From contig CAVVKN010000010.1 in the NCBI GenBank assembly GCA_963748825.1, positions 64,001 through 128,000 of the forward strand: 64,000 nucleotides of DNA, written 5' to 3'. The notes under the pieces were generated by a model. It did no database searches. It was not told the origin of the DNA and worked only from the letters and a program-made list of their open reading frames with translations. The DNA is from Methanotrichaceae archaeon (GTDB taxonomy: Archaea > Halobacteriota > Methanosarcinia > Methanotrichales > Methanotrichaceae). This document shows positions 42,483-52,779 of the stretch, one piece after another. The translations under genes were made by a program, and so were the position numbers. Within the stretch, counting starts at the first letter, position 1. Each line of letters starts with the position of its first letter.

Positions 42483-42747
42483 AAATTTCAAGAATTGATT
42501 TAAGGGAATGTTGATGGTATAAAACGGCCCAGGGTGAGGGGATGGCTAAGGGTAGCAAAAAGGCCCTGGAGCCGTTTCATTGTTTCGGTTTTGTTCTTAC
42601 ATAATATTAATAATAACAATGTAATCATCGTAGTATTTAACTCTTTCGATATTCAAATTCAGTTATTCTCTCGATTATTGCCCAGATCCGGGCAATTGGG
42701 CAGATGCAAGTGATTAAATACACCCTAGATTTACCTCAAACCAATCC

Positions 42748-44670
42748 ATGCATAATTCGAGCAAGACATTCTCTCCCGGCAAGAGCGAGCTATTCTGGTG
42801 CGAAAACTGCAGCATTCCCCTTCTCGCGGAAAAATGCTCCACCTGCAATAGCTTTGGCCGCAAAATAGAGCTCGCGCCGCCGGGCGACATCCGCCTCTCT
42901 TCTCGAGCGGCCAGAAAGCTACTCACTGATATTTTCATTCAAAATTACGGCTATGCAGATTTCCTGGAAGGCAGGATAATCTTGCTCAATAAGATTGCCG
43001 GATTAGACCGCCGCGATCAGGTGATCCTGGAAAGTCGCCACATCGCGACGCTCTGGTTTGATGTCACTGCTGGCTGCCACAAACTGGATTTGGAGACTTC
43101 AGGCGCAGCCCTTCTTTCCAGTAGCGCAAAAAAAAGCCTTGTTGTATGTGACGACTCAATACTAAAAGGCCACATAAAGGGCAAGTGGCTACAAGATGAG
43201 AAGATCATGAGCGGGCCTTCTGCCCTGGATGAAGGCCAAAACGTCGTCTTGAAGATAGGAAAATTTTCCGGCGTGGGCGTGGCCAGGAAAAGGGCAGACG
43301 GCTCTCAATCCATCCGCATCAAGGATGTGACGAAGAATGATTTTGCCCTGAGCGAAAAGAGGCCCTCCCTGCAAGATGTCATCACCGCTAATGCGGAGAC
43401 TCTAAAATATCTGGAGAAAGTAGCAATAAGTGAGATCAAGAACTATCTGTCCAAAAATCGGCTTCCCGTAAACGTTTCCTTCAGTGGGGGAAAAGACAGC
43501 CTGGCCTGCCTTTGCATTGCCCAAAAGGTACTCTCCCGGCCAGAGGTTCTCTTTATCAACACCGGTCTGGAATTTCCCGAGACTGTGGAATATGTGCGGG
43601 AGCTGTGCGACGCCCACAAGCTGCGGCTGCAAGAGATCAAAGGAGAGAGCGGCTTTTTTGAGAAGGTGAAGAGCTTCGGCCCCCCGGCCAAAGATTTTCG
43701 CTGGTGCTGCAAGACGAACAAGCTGGGACCCATGACGGCCTTTCTTAAAGAGCACTACCCCAAAGGCTGCGTGACCATTGAGGGGCGGCGCATCTACGAA
43801 TCCTTCAACCGTTCTACCATCAAGGCCGTGGAGAGGAATCCCTATGTTCCCAGCCAAACCACGCTCGCACCCATTAGAAGCTGGCGGGCGCTGGAGGTCA
43901 TGCTCTACATCTACTGGAATAAGATGCAGCCAAATCCGCTCTATGAGGAGGACTTCGAGCGCATAGGCTGCTGGCTGTGCCCCGCTGCGCTGCAATCTGA
44001 GTTTGCGAGCCTTAAAGGATCACATCCCCAGCTTTATGACCGGTGGACGACCTCATTACGAGAATGGGCGGAAGAAAACAAGCTGGATAAGAGATACATC
44101 GATTGGGGCTTTTGGCGCTGGAAGAGGCATCCACCTAAGATGCTCGAGATAGCAAAAGAGCACAATATAATGCTTCAAGTCAGTGCTGCCGGGAAAGATG
44201 AAATCACTCTGCAGGCGGAGCGTGGCAGATCGCCCTGCGGCCTGGAGTACTCCATCGAAGCGACCCTATGTGTCCCTCAGAATCATCCCTTTTCCTCGGT
44301 GGCTGCAGCTCTCAATATCTTGGGCGAGGTGAAATATGCAGAAGATCTGGGGGCAGCGGTGATAAAGACAGAAAAAGGACGTGTCACCGCCTTTGCCAAC
44401 GGAAACATCATGATAATTGCCGGCAAAGAGCAGGCCGAAGAGCTGCTGCGAGATGTCTGCGAAATGGTCCTGCGCGTGCAGATGTGCACAAGATGCAAGA
44501 TATGCGAGAAGAATTGCAATCGAGGAGCGATTACAGTGGCAGAGACCATAACAATTGATGAGAAAAAGTGCAATCACTGCAAAAAGTGTGCCAAAGGCTG
44601 CATTGCCGCCGACCAGGCCGCGAAGATCTATGCCAGGCTCTCTGCAGCTGAGACGATCCCCCGGAGATGA
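42748..44670 (+). CDS. PAPS-reductase-family protein with C-terminal 4Fe-4S domain
   Basis: SFSGGKDS, NTGLEF, RWCCK, RIGCWLCP, two CxxCxxC ferredoxin motifs. Confidence 0.9.
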   Translation: MHNSSKTFSPGKSELFWCENCSIPLLAEKCSTCNSFGRKIELAPPGDIRLSSRAARKLLTDIFIQNYGYADFLEGRIILLNKIAGLDRRDQVILESRHIATLWFDVTAGCHKLDLETSGAALLSSSAKKSLVVCDDSILKGHIKGKWLQDEKIMSGPSALDEGQNVVLKIGKFSGVGVARKRADGSQSIRIKDVTKNDFALSEKRPSLQDVITANAETLKYLEKVAISEIKNYLSKNRLPVNVSFSGGKDSLACLCIAQKVLSRPEVLFINTGLEFPETVEYVRELCDAHKLRLQEIKGESGFFEKVKSFGPPAKDFRWCCKTNKLGPMTAFLKEHYPKGCVTIEGRRIYESFNRSTIKAVERNPYVPSQTTLAPIRSWRALEVMLYIYWNKMQPNPLYEEDFERIGCWLCPAALQSEFASLKGSHPQLYDRWTTSLREWAEENKLDKRYIDWGFWRWKRHPPKMLEIAKEHNIMLQVSAAGKDEITLQAERGRSPCGLEYSIEATLCVPQNHPFSSVAAALNILGEVKYAEDLGAAVIKTEKGRVTAFANGNIMIIAGKEQAEELLRDVCEMVLRVQMCTRCKICEKNCNRGAITVAETITIDEKKCNHCKKCAKGCIAADQAAKIYARLSAAETIPRR

Positions 44671-44825
44671 CCCGAAGGCGATATTATTTGCTTTAGCCGT
44701 TCATAGAGATAGAGGATAATAGTCGAGTGACCGCGGTGAAAGAATGAACAATCAATGTCTTAGGCAGCGAGTGCAAAAAATTAAGGGATGGAGTGAAACG
44801 CGGGATGTAGGATGTACAAAAAAAT

Positions 44826-45308
44826 TTAAACTATCACCTTCGCGCTCTCTATCTTCACCTCTTTTACCGGCCTGTCATTGGCTCCTTTCTTCACCTTTGC
44901 CATGGCATCCACCACATCCATGCCCTCAATCACTTTTCCGAAGACCGGATGCTTGCTGTCCAGGAAGTTGTTGTTCACCAGATTGATGAAGAACTGGCTT
45001 CCCCCCGTATTGGGCCCGGCGTTGGCCATGCTGATAGTACCGCGATCGTTCTTGTTCTTGCGGTTGAGCTCGTCTTTGATGACATAGCCAGGTCCCCCAC
45101 AGCCCGTGCCTGTAGGGTCTCCGCCCTGAATCATGAAGCCGTCTATGATGCGGTGAAAGATGACTCCGTCATAAAATCCCTTCTCTACCAGCTTTTGGAA
45201 GTTTCCCGATGTGATGGGCGTGTCCTCGTAAAGCTGCAATGTGATGTCGCCCATGCTGGTCTTGAGGAGTACCTTAACTCCGCCTGCGTTTGATGTGCCT
45301 TCTGCCAT
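44826..45308 (-). CDS. Cyclophilin-type peptidyl-prolyl isomerase (cytoplasmic)
   Basis: FHRIIDGFMIQGGDP, SMANAGPNTGGSQFFI. Confidence 0.96.
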   Translation of the reverse strand: MAEGTSNAGGVKVLLKTSMGDITLQLYEDTPITSGNFQKLVEKGFYDGVIFHRIIDGFMIQGGDPTGTGCGGPGYVIKDELNRKNKNDRGTISMANAGPNTGGSQFFINLVNNNFLDSKHPVFGKVIEGMDVVDAMAKVKKGANDRPVKEVKIESAKVIV

Positions 45309-45446
45309 TTTTTTGTCGTCTCCTTTATTCTCATTTTTCTCGCTAAATCGATCATTGTGGTTGCTTTCTAATGCTTTATAAACTGCTATGCCATATGATT
45401 ATTGCTATTATTGCTGAGAATGGCTTTAAAAAGTTAAGAATAAAAG

Positions 45447-45983
45447 TTAAGAAACAATCTTTGCATCGAGTATCTTTACATCGGTTAGCGGCCGGTCATT
45501 GGCGTCGGTCTGAACCTTAGCTATGGCGTCTACCACATCCATGCCAGCGATCACCTTTCCAAAGGCAGGATGCTTGCTGTCCAGGAAGCTATTGTCTACC
45601 AGGTTGATGAAGAACTGGCTTCCCCCCGTGTTGGGCCCGGCGTTGGCCATGCTGATGGTGCCGCGATCGTTTCGGTTGTGATCGGTGAACTCATCTGCAA
45701 TGTTGTAGCCCGGTCCGCCCATGCCCGTGCCCTCCGGATCTCCGCCCTGAATCATGAAGCCTTCGATGACTCTGTGGAAGATTACTCCGTTGTAGAATCC
45801 CTTTTCCACAAGTCCCTTGAAGTTTCCCGTCGTGATGGGCATGTCGTCGTAGAGCTGGATTATGATGTCGCCCATGCTTGTCTTCAAGAGAACCTCCGTA
45901 GGTCTATCTTCTTTCGTCGGGGCCAAGCAGCCAGCTATTGCCAGCACAAGGATAATAATAGGTAAATAGTATTCAAATCTCAT
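45447..45983 (-). CDS. Cyclophilin-type PPIase with lipoprotein-like signal
   Basis: Same motifs plus N-terminal PIIILVLAIAGC. Confidence 0.95.
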   Translation of the reverse strand: MRFEYYLPIIILVLAIAGCLAPTKEDRPTEVLLKTSMGDIIIQLYDDMPITTGNFKGLVEKGFYNGVIFHRVIEGFMIQGGDPEGTGMGGPGYNIADEFTDHNRNDRGTISMANAGPNTGGSQFFINLVDNSFLDSKHPAFGKVIAGMDVVDAIAKVQTDANDRPLTDVKILDAKIVS

Positions 45984-46030
45984 CAGCGTGGTTCGTTATA
46001 TCTAGAATAAATTAAGCCTTTCCCAGGATT

Positions 46031-46354
46031 CTGGGCATAAAAAACGTCGAGTTCAAGACAGCAAGCGTCTACAGCCTCTCCTTTGAAGACTGTTCCTTTG
46101 AAACGGTCAACTCATTTTTCATGCTCCACCACCTCGACGAGATCTCGAAAGGTTTGCTGGAAATCCAGCGCATGCTTCAAAAAGATGGTGGATTTGTGGC
46201 AGTGGAACCTATCGGACACCATCACGGCCCGAACTATTCTGGAAGCGACTGGGAACGAATCTTCGCTGAAGCAGGGTTTGGGGCTGAAGCGGAAGAAAGA
46301 GACTGGGCGCTCATAATCAGAGCCCATAAGAGCGATGAAAAAACGAAGGAATAA
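46031..46354 (+). pseudogene. Class I SAM methyltransferase C-terminal fragment
   Basis: NVEFKTASVYSLSFEDCSFETV...LHHL...EIQRMLQKDG; motif I missing, in-frame stop at 46013. Confidence 0.7.
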
Positions 46355-46936
46355 GGCTCCTCGCTGTTTCGAATGGGAAAAACCGGGCAGGTTTGGGCAT
46401 CCAGGGATACGGCCACAATAAATCTGGGATGGTTGGATACCTTGAGATCAAAACTATGGTCTCGGCTATTGCAATCTCAGCCAAGCAGGGCGATTGTGCA
46501 GCATCCGGTCACTGGGGCAGGGAATTGGACTGCAGTGCAGGCTTGGGCCTCGGGATGCCTGCCGGTGGGGTGGGGTGCGAGGTTCGCTTGTGGGGCTGCT
46601 TCTGGCTGTGCTTTGTGGGCGCAATCGTTTCAATTGCAGGCTTTGGACCTAAGCCGTCAACACGGTTCTCCGGCTGGCCCTGGGCTCTAGAGGGCACATG
46701 GCGCCCGAAGGCGGACGTAGGCGATCCTTGCGGCCTCCGCCTGGTTGAGGCCCTGATCTAGGGATGATGAGGGCTTTTGGCGCCTCCTGATTCTCGGATA
46801 GTGCAAGGAGGGCGGGACGGTCAGGATAAAGGCGCAAGAAATGGAATTCACTCTCATAGCACACTGCTGAAGTCCAATTTGAGCATTTGGGACAACCATG
46901 CGTGAATTATTTATTGCTAATCCTAATGGTAATATT

Positions 46937-49036
46937 ATGACAAAATATCCCCCTCCCAGCAAAGATGAATCCGCCTCCATCCCCAAAGCCAATCGTCTCC
47001 TCTCTGAAAAGAGCCCCTATCTCCTCCAGCATGCCTACAATCCAGTGCATTGGTACCCCTGGGGCGAAGAAGCCTTCGAAGCAGCCCGAAAGGAGGATAA
47101 GCCCATCTTTCTCTCCGTGGGCTACTCCACATGCCATTGGTGCCATGTCATGGCCCACGAGTCCTTTGAGGATGAGGCAGTTGCCGCTCTCATGAACCAG
47201 GCCTTCATCTGCATAAAGGTGGACCGGGAGGAGAGGCCGGACATAGACCAGATTTATATGAGCGTGGCCCAGGCCATGACCGGCAGAGGCGGCTGGCCTC
47301 TTACTATTATCATGACGCCAGAGAAAAAGCCCTTTTTCGCCGCCACCTACATCCCCAAGACCGGCCGCTTCGGCCAGGCGGGAATGATGGAGATCATCCC
47401 CAGGATCAAAGAAATCTGGGAGAATAACAGGGAAGAACTTCTCGGCTCAGCCGACAAGATTTTGGATTATCTCAAACAGGCACAAAGCCAGCCCTCAGCC
47501 CAGGCCGCTAATTTGGACGGCGCATTTCTTGAGAGGGGCTACGCAGCTCTGGACTCCATTTACGATCCCCAAAACGGTGGCTTCGGCACGGCCCCCAAGT
47601 TTCCCACACCCCACAACCTCTTCTTCCTTCTGCGCCACTGGCATCGGAGCGGTGACGAGCATGCTCTGCAGATGGTCGAGGCCATTCTGCAGGCCATGCG
47701 CATGGGTGGGATCTATGACCACGTTGGATTCGGATTTCATAGATACTCCACGGATGCACAGTGGCTTGTTCCTCATTTTGAGAAGATGCTCTATGACCAG
47801 GCGCTAATGGCCATAGCCTACACCGAAGGCCACCAGGCCACAGGAAAAGAGGAGTACGCAAGAACGGCACGTGAAATCCTGGAGTATGTGCTGCGCGACA
47901 TGACCTCCCCCCAGGGGGGCTTTTTCTCAGCGGAAGACGCAGACAGCGAGGGAGAGGAAGGCAAATTCTATGCATGGACGGCAGAGGAGCTGAAAGAGAC
48001 ACTGGATAAAGAGGAATTCAAGATCTTCATCCGGCTCTTTGATGTGCATGAAAGCGGAAACTTCGAGAAAGGACGAAACATCCTGCGCCTGAGGTCTTCG
48101 CTTGGCGACGCGGCTTCTGTCCTGAAGATCAGCGAGCAGGATCTCTATGATCGGCTTGAGAAGATAAGAGCGAAGCTCTTTTTTGCCCGGGAAAAAAGAG
48201 TTCATCCTTTAAAGGACGACAAGATTCTCACCGATTGGAATGGATTGATGATCGCGGCCCTGGCGAAAGCCGCGCAGGCCTTGCATGACGCAAAGTATGC
48301 TACGGCAGCAACAAAGGCGGCCGATTTTATCCTGGAAAAGATGCAGACAACCGAAGGTCGGCTGCTGCATCGCTACCGGGGCGAGGCAGCCATTTCTGCC
48401 AATCTGGATGATTATGCCTTCCTGATCTGGGGCCTCCTCGATCTCTACGAGACCGTTTTTGATCTCAAGTACCTGAAGGCGGCTTTGCAGCTAAACCAGG
48501 TCATGATGTTGCATTTCTGGGATAAGGATCAGGGTGGCTTTTTCTTTTCAGCTGATGATGCCGAGGCCCTGCTGCTGCGCAAAAAGGAGTTTTATGATGG
48601 TGCGATTCCCTCAGGAAACTCCATTGCCATGTTAAACCTTCTCCGGCTCATGCACCTGTCCGGACAGTCTGAACTGGAAGATTGGGCCTGGGATCTGGCA
48701 CATAGCTTTGCCGCATCAGGCGAGCAGCCCCTGGGCCATTCCATGCTGCTTTGCTCCCTGGACTATGCACTAGGGCCGGCATCTGAGATCGCTCTGTTGG
48801 GAAGCTTGCAGGATGCAGGCATAATTGCGATGCTGCAAGCCATACGATCTCGTTTTCTGCCGAACAAATCCATAGTACTGGTATGCGGAGAAGAGATTAG
48901 AGAGATTGCACCATTCACAAAAAATTTGGTCCAAGTGGAGGGAAAGACTACAGCCTATGTCTGCACTGATCATGTCTGCAGTCTTCCCACTACAAGTCCG
49001 GAAAAAGTGATGACGCTGCTGGAAAAAACCGGCTAG
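46937..49036 (+). CDS. YyaL/SSP411-family thioredoxin-domain protein (DUF255)
   Basis: [39 protein letters not shown]. Confidence 0.95.
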   Translation: MTKYPPPSKDESASIPKANRLLSEKSPYLLQHAYNPVHWYPWGEEAFEAARKEDKPIFLSVGYSTCHWCHVMAHESFEDEAVAALMNQAFICIKVDREERPDIDQIYMSVAQAMTGRGGWPLTIIMTPEKKPFFAATYIPKTGRFGQAGMMEIIPRIKEIWENNREELLGSADKILDYLKQAQSQPSAQAANLDGAFLERGYAALDSIYDPQNGGFGTAPKFPTPHNLFFLLRHWHRSGDEHALQMVEAILQAMRMGGIYDHVGFGFHRYSTDAQWLVPHFEKMLYDQALMAIAYTEGHQATGKEEYARTAREILEYVLRDMTSPQGGFFSAEDADSEGEEGKFYAWTAEELKETLDKEEFKIFIRLFDVHESGNFEKGRNILRLRSSLGDAASVLKISEQDLYDRLEKIRAKLFFAREKRVHPLKDDKILTDWNGLMIAALAKAAQALHDAKYATAATKAADFILEKMQTTEGRLLHRYRGEAAISANLDDYAFLIWGLLDLYETVFDLKYLKAALQLNQVMMLHFWDKDQGGFFFSADDAEALLLRKKEFYDGAIPSGNSIAMLNLLRLMHLSGQSELEDWAWDLAHSFAASGEQPLGHSMLLCSLDYALGPASEIALLGSLQDAGIIAMLQAIRSRFLPNKSIVLVCGEEIREIAPFTKNLVQVEGKTTAYVCTDHVCSLPTTSPEKVMTLLEKTG

Positions 49037-49157
49037 AACGGCGGGAATAGCCAGCCATGACAACCTTTGAGCTATTCGCGTAGACATCTCCCTTAAGACG
49101 AGAAACTTAACGATTTCTAATGAGACTGCAATAGCAGCAGATGGCGAAAATACCAGG

Positions 49158-49297
49158 TGGCATCGATGCCAGGTCGACAATGATAAATACTACCAGCTAG
49201 GTAGTAAGCCCTGAGGAGATCCAAATTTCTGAGAATGAAATGGCATCCGATCCGGACAGGCACCGTAGTCTAAACAAATACCGTAGGGTATCCTACG
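49158..49297 (+). promoter_or_regulatory. Putative promoter/operator region of the ATP-grasp operon
   Basis: Palindromes TGGCATCGATGCCA (49158-49171), TACTACC-N5-GGTAGTA (49188-49206) and CGTAGG-N4-CCTACG (49282-49297) around TATA-like TGATAAATA (49181). Confidence 0.4.
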
Positions 49298-49355
49298 CAG
49301 AAAAAACAACAAAAAGGTCTATTTTATCACACGCAGGTCATGCGGTGATTCTTTA

Positions 49356-50009
49356 ATGAACAAACGAAGAGATCATATCCCTAAGAAAGACATCATGTAC
49401 ACTCTAAAGGAAGATGACTCTCAATATATAGTAAATGAGAGTTACTTCTACAAGACCGAGCCGTACTATACGATTGTCAAGAACGAGAACGAAGGAATCA
49501 AAACCACGCCCAGCAGCAGCGATGTGCTGGATGCGTATATCGTTCCCATCTGTCTGGAGAAGGCGAAGCTAGCAGGTATCCCGGTCTGCGACTGGACAAT
49601 ATCCAACCAGTACGTTTCCCTTCCCGCCATAGTCTATGGCTTGAACTACTTCTCCACGCCCTCCGACCACTTCCTCGTAAGAGACCTGGAAACGGCGAAG
49701 GCGGTTATCAAGCATGTCACCAACCGGGGCAGGTATCCCTTCTGCTATCAGAAGATAAGCGACACCTCATCCGTGGCGAAATGCGTATCCATCTTCGGCA
49801 AGACCATAAACTGCTGTGAAAAGGCGAAGTCGATGGCGGAGATGATCTATGAGGTCTTCAGGCTGCCGTTAGTGGAGATAGTACTGGTCAAGGATGAGTC
49901 GGGCTGCCAGTTATCCTCTCTGGCTCCGGTGAAGTATTCACATTTATCTAAGGATGAAACGGAAATGTTACAGGACCTTCTGGACAAGAGGGTGAGACGC
50001 TTTGAGTAA
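49356..50009 (+). CDS. RimK-like ATP-grasp N-terminal (RLAN) domain protein
   Basis: NESYFYKTEPYY...TPS.SDVLD pattern; overlaps the start of the downstream ATP-grasp gene. Confidence 0.7.
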   Translation: MNKRRDHIPKKDIMYTLKEDDSQYIVNESYFYKTEPYYTIVKNENEGIKTTPSSSDVLDAYIVPICLEKAKLAGIPVCDWTISNQYVSLPAIVYGLNYFSTPSDHFLVRDLETAKAVIKHVTNRGRYPFCYQKISDTSSVAKCVSIFGKTINCCEKAKSMAEMIYEVFRLPLVEIVLVKDESGCQLSSLAPVKYSHLSKDETEMLQDLLDKRVRRFE

Positions 50010-51021
50010 ACTAGGCATATTTGTCAATCGACGGACGTTAAGCAGCTCTGAACAGCTCACGGCCGTGGTAAAATGCCGGGACGTGGCTGAGAGTATGGGC
50101 CACACGGCCGAGTTCATCTTTCCCGTGGACATGAAAAAAATACCCAGGCTGGATGCGCTCTTCATTCGCGCCAACACAGATCCCATGAACATCACCTATG
50201 TGGCAGCCAGGATGGCGCAAATGTACGGCGTACCGGTGATAGACGATCCCAGCTCCATCCAGATCTGTGCCGACAAAATCAATATGTACATGCACCTCAT
50301 GAAGAAGAATGTCTCCATGCCCAGGACTAAGTTTCTAAAGAAGAAAGAGCTGGATGAGGTTTTAGCCGCACAGCTCTTCGAGGAACTGGGCATGCCCCTG
50401 GTGCTAAAAGAGCCATCCACGTCCTTCTCGGTCAGGGTGGAGAAGGTCTCATCCGTAAGCGAGCTGTTGAAGGTCGCCAGGAGATTCTTCAAGCTCTCCG
50501 ACTGGATTGTGGTGCAGGAGTACATCGAGAGCAGGTTTGACTGGAGAGTCGGTGTCATCAATGGGCAGCTACTCTATGCCTGTCGCTACATCATCCCCTC
50601 TGAGACCTTCAAGATCCAGGCCTCCGTGAATGGTCATATCGTATACTGCGATGTAGAGAGCGTGCCGGCCGATCAGGTTCCGCCTGGGGTTATTGAGCTG
50701 GGATGTGAGGCAGGCAATGCCATTGGCAAAGGAATGTATGGTGTGGACATCAAAGAGAGCAATGGAAAACTCTACGTCATTGAGGTCAATGATAATCCCT
50801 CCCTGGACGGGGGCGAAGATGCCCATTATCCGGACATGTTCCAAAAGATCATCTCCTACCTGATGACAGGAGACGCCTGCAGCTATGCCGATGAGCTTTC
50901 CAATAAAGTATCCCTTCCGCACGACTTTGAAGGTGAGTACGGCCTGGGAGCTGCCACTGGCATGTCCAATCCATCTGCCTTGACAGAAAACGAGGTCTGC
51001 TCCTACAAGATTGATTTCTAG
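50002..51021 (+). CDS. RimK-family ATP-grasp ligase
   Basis: DALFIR, VIDDP, CADKI, PLVLKEP, VQEYI, DWRVGV, YGVDIK, VIEVNDNP. Confidence 0.9.
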   Translation: MSKLGIFVNRRTLSSSEQLTAVVKCRDVAESMGHTAEFIFPVDMKKIPRLDALFIRANTDPMNITYVAARMAQMYGVPVIDDPSSIQICADKINMYMHLMKKNVSMPRTKFLKKKELDEVLAAQLFEELGMPLVLKEPSTSFSVRVEKVSSVSELLKVARRFFKLSDWIVVQEYIESRFDWRVGVINGQLLYACRYIIPSETFKIQASVNGHIVYCDVESVPADQVPPGVIELGCEAGNAIGKGMYGVDIKESNGKLYVIEVNDNPSLDGGEDAHYPDMFQKIISYLMTGDACSYADELSNKVSLPHDFEGEYGLGAATGMSNPSALTENEVCSYKIDF

Positions 51022-51038
51022 AGAGAGATGATATTCCG

Positions 51039-51530
51039 ATGGAAGATTACCTGTGTGAAGCCATAAGCCAGGCCTGCAGCGAATGTCATCTGGATGGTGG
51101 CTGCTGCTTTGAGGCGAGACCTCCCTTAAGCCAGGAGAGAATAGACATACTGCTGAAAAACGGCGTGGCAGAAGATGCCGTGGAGTTTGCCGGATACAAG
51201 AGGCTATGCCTGAAGCAGGATGGCTTTTGCGTGCTCTTTCAAAATGGAAAATGCAGCATTCACTCCATCAAGCCCGAGACCTGCGTCGCCGGACCCTTTA
51301 CCTTTGATATCAAGGATAAAGTCCTGCAGATCTTCCTTAAGAGAGAGAGCATCTGTCCCATGGTCCGATTTCTAAAGGCCAATCGAAAAGCCTACGACGG
51401 ACTTTTCGAGACCTCTGTGGAGAATATTATGCATCTGGTAAACAGCGTTCCCGCCTCAGAGATGGCGGAGATCTTGAAGATCGAGGAGCCGGAGACGGAT
51501 CTTGTGGCGGAGATCCAGCTATCCGACTGA
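51039..51530 (+). CDS. YkgJ-family cysteine-cluster protein
   Basis: CSEC...GGCC, CVLF...CSIH..KP.TC..GPF, CP. Confidence 0.85.
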   Translation: MEDYLCEAISQACSECHLDGGCCFEARPPLSQERIDILLKNGVAEDAVEFAGYKRLCLKQDGFCVLFQNGKCSIHSIKPETCVAGPFTFDIKDKVLQIFLKRESICPMVRFLKANRKAYDGLFETSVENIMHLVNSVPASEMAEILKIEEPETDLVAEIQLSD

Positions 51531-51533
51531 ATC

Positions 51534-52694
51534 ATGAAAAAGGAAATGCATAAGGCGCTGGCAGCGGCGTCGCCCATAGGAACGGAGCACGAGTACTCCA
51601 TAAATGATAAAAACTTCCGGCCTCTGGCCATCTCTGACCGGATCATCCAAAGGATAGCAGGACAGGTGCAGCACGAGGTTGCTTTTGGGGGGATACTGGT
51701 CTCCAAGGAGCTGCAAAAGCATGCCATCGAGTTGATCCCAGCCAGGCCGGGGAGCCTCAGCTTTTTGGAAAGCAATCTCTACCAGGGCCTCTCTGAGCTT
51801 TACCGGGCCACGAATTACGAATACGGCTTCATGGGTCTGGGAATGCATCCGCTGCTCAAATTGGATGAGACGACCTATTGGGATCATGATGAGCAGGAGT
51901 ATTATCAGGTATACGACCGGCTGTTCAATATCAAGCAGCACGGCTGGCTGAATATTCAGGCTCTGCAGGTCAACATACCCTACATGGGCAAGGATGAGCT
52001 GGTCGCTATGTTCAACAAGATTCGCTCGCTGATTCCGTATCTCGTCGCCGTATCTGCCTCCTCGCCCATGGTGGAAGGGAAGCTCACCACTTACATGGAC
52101 AACCGTCTGGTTTACTACCGGCAAAACCAGGCTGCCATTCCTGAGATCTGCCATGACATACTGCCCGAAAAGCTGGAGAGCGTGGAAGATTATGTGCAGA
52201 TCAACCGGCAGATCTACTCTGAGCTGAAGAAATGCGGGGCAGAGATTCTCTGTAGAGAGTGGGTCAATTCCAGAGGCGTGATCGTGCGCTTTACGAGAAA
52301 GTGCCTGGAGGTCAAAGCCATCGATGAGCAGGAATGCCTGCACTCGGACATGGCGTTCTCGGCTTTCTTGCTGGCACTGCTTCGATCCGACCTCGTGCTG
52401 GAGGAAGATGAGAGCAGTCTTCTGGCCATGCTGGAGGATGCCATGCACCGCAGCGTAGCTGGAATGCGCCCAGAGCTGGAGAAGCTGCTCGCTGCAGCGC
52501 AAAAGAGCGCAACGATTGAGGAGATGCGATATTTGCCCCTGGTGGCAAAGCGCATTGAGCAGGGCAGCTTGGCGGAGATCATGGTCCAAAAGCTAAAGGA
52601 GACTAACGGCAAGATCGAACCGGTACTTGCGCAGATGCAATGGTGCCTGAAGGAGAACAGGCCTTATTCTGCCGAGCCGGAAAGATGCGGCTAG
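51534..52694 (+). CDS. Glutamate--cysteine ligase family 2 (GCS2)
   Basis: GTEHEY, ELQKHAIE, GMHP, HGWLNIQALQVN, SASSP, NSRG.IVRF...EVKAID. Confidence 0.88.
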   Translation: MKKEMHKALAAASPIGTEHEYSINDKNFRPLAISDRIIQRIAGQVQHEVAFGGILVSKELQKHAIELIPARPGSLSFLESNLYQGLSELYRATNYEYGFMGLGMHPLLKLDETTYWDHDEQEYYQVYDRLFNIKQHGWLNIQALQVNIPYMGKDELVAMFNKIRSLIPYLVAVSASSPMVEGKLTTYMDNRLVYYRQNQAAIPEICHDILPEKLESVEDYVQINRQIYSELKKCGAEILCREWVNSRGVIVRFTRKCLEVKAIDEQECLHSDMAFSAFLLALLRSDLVLEEDESSLLAMLEDAMHRSVAGMRPELEKLLAAAQKSATIEEMRYLPLVAKRIEQGSLAEIMVQKLKETNGKIEPVLAQMQWCLKENRPYSAEPERCG

Positions 52695-52779
52695 TGGATC
52701 AGGATCAAATATAATTTAAAGTTTAATATAAAAACGAAGGAGAAAAAAGGAAAAAGACAAAAAAGCTCCTTTTTGGCCC

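Noticed and set aside
46373-46900. ORFs including an HTH-like LDQGLNQAEAARI scrap
   Set aside because: Too short and broken to assign
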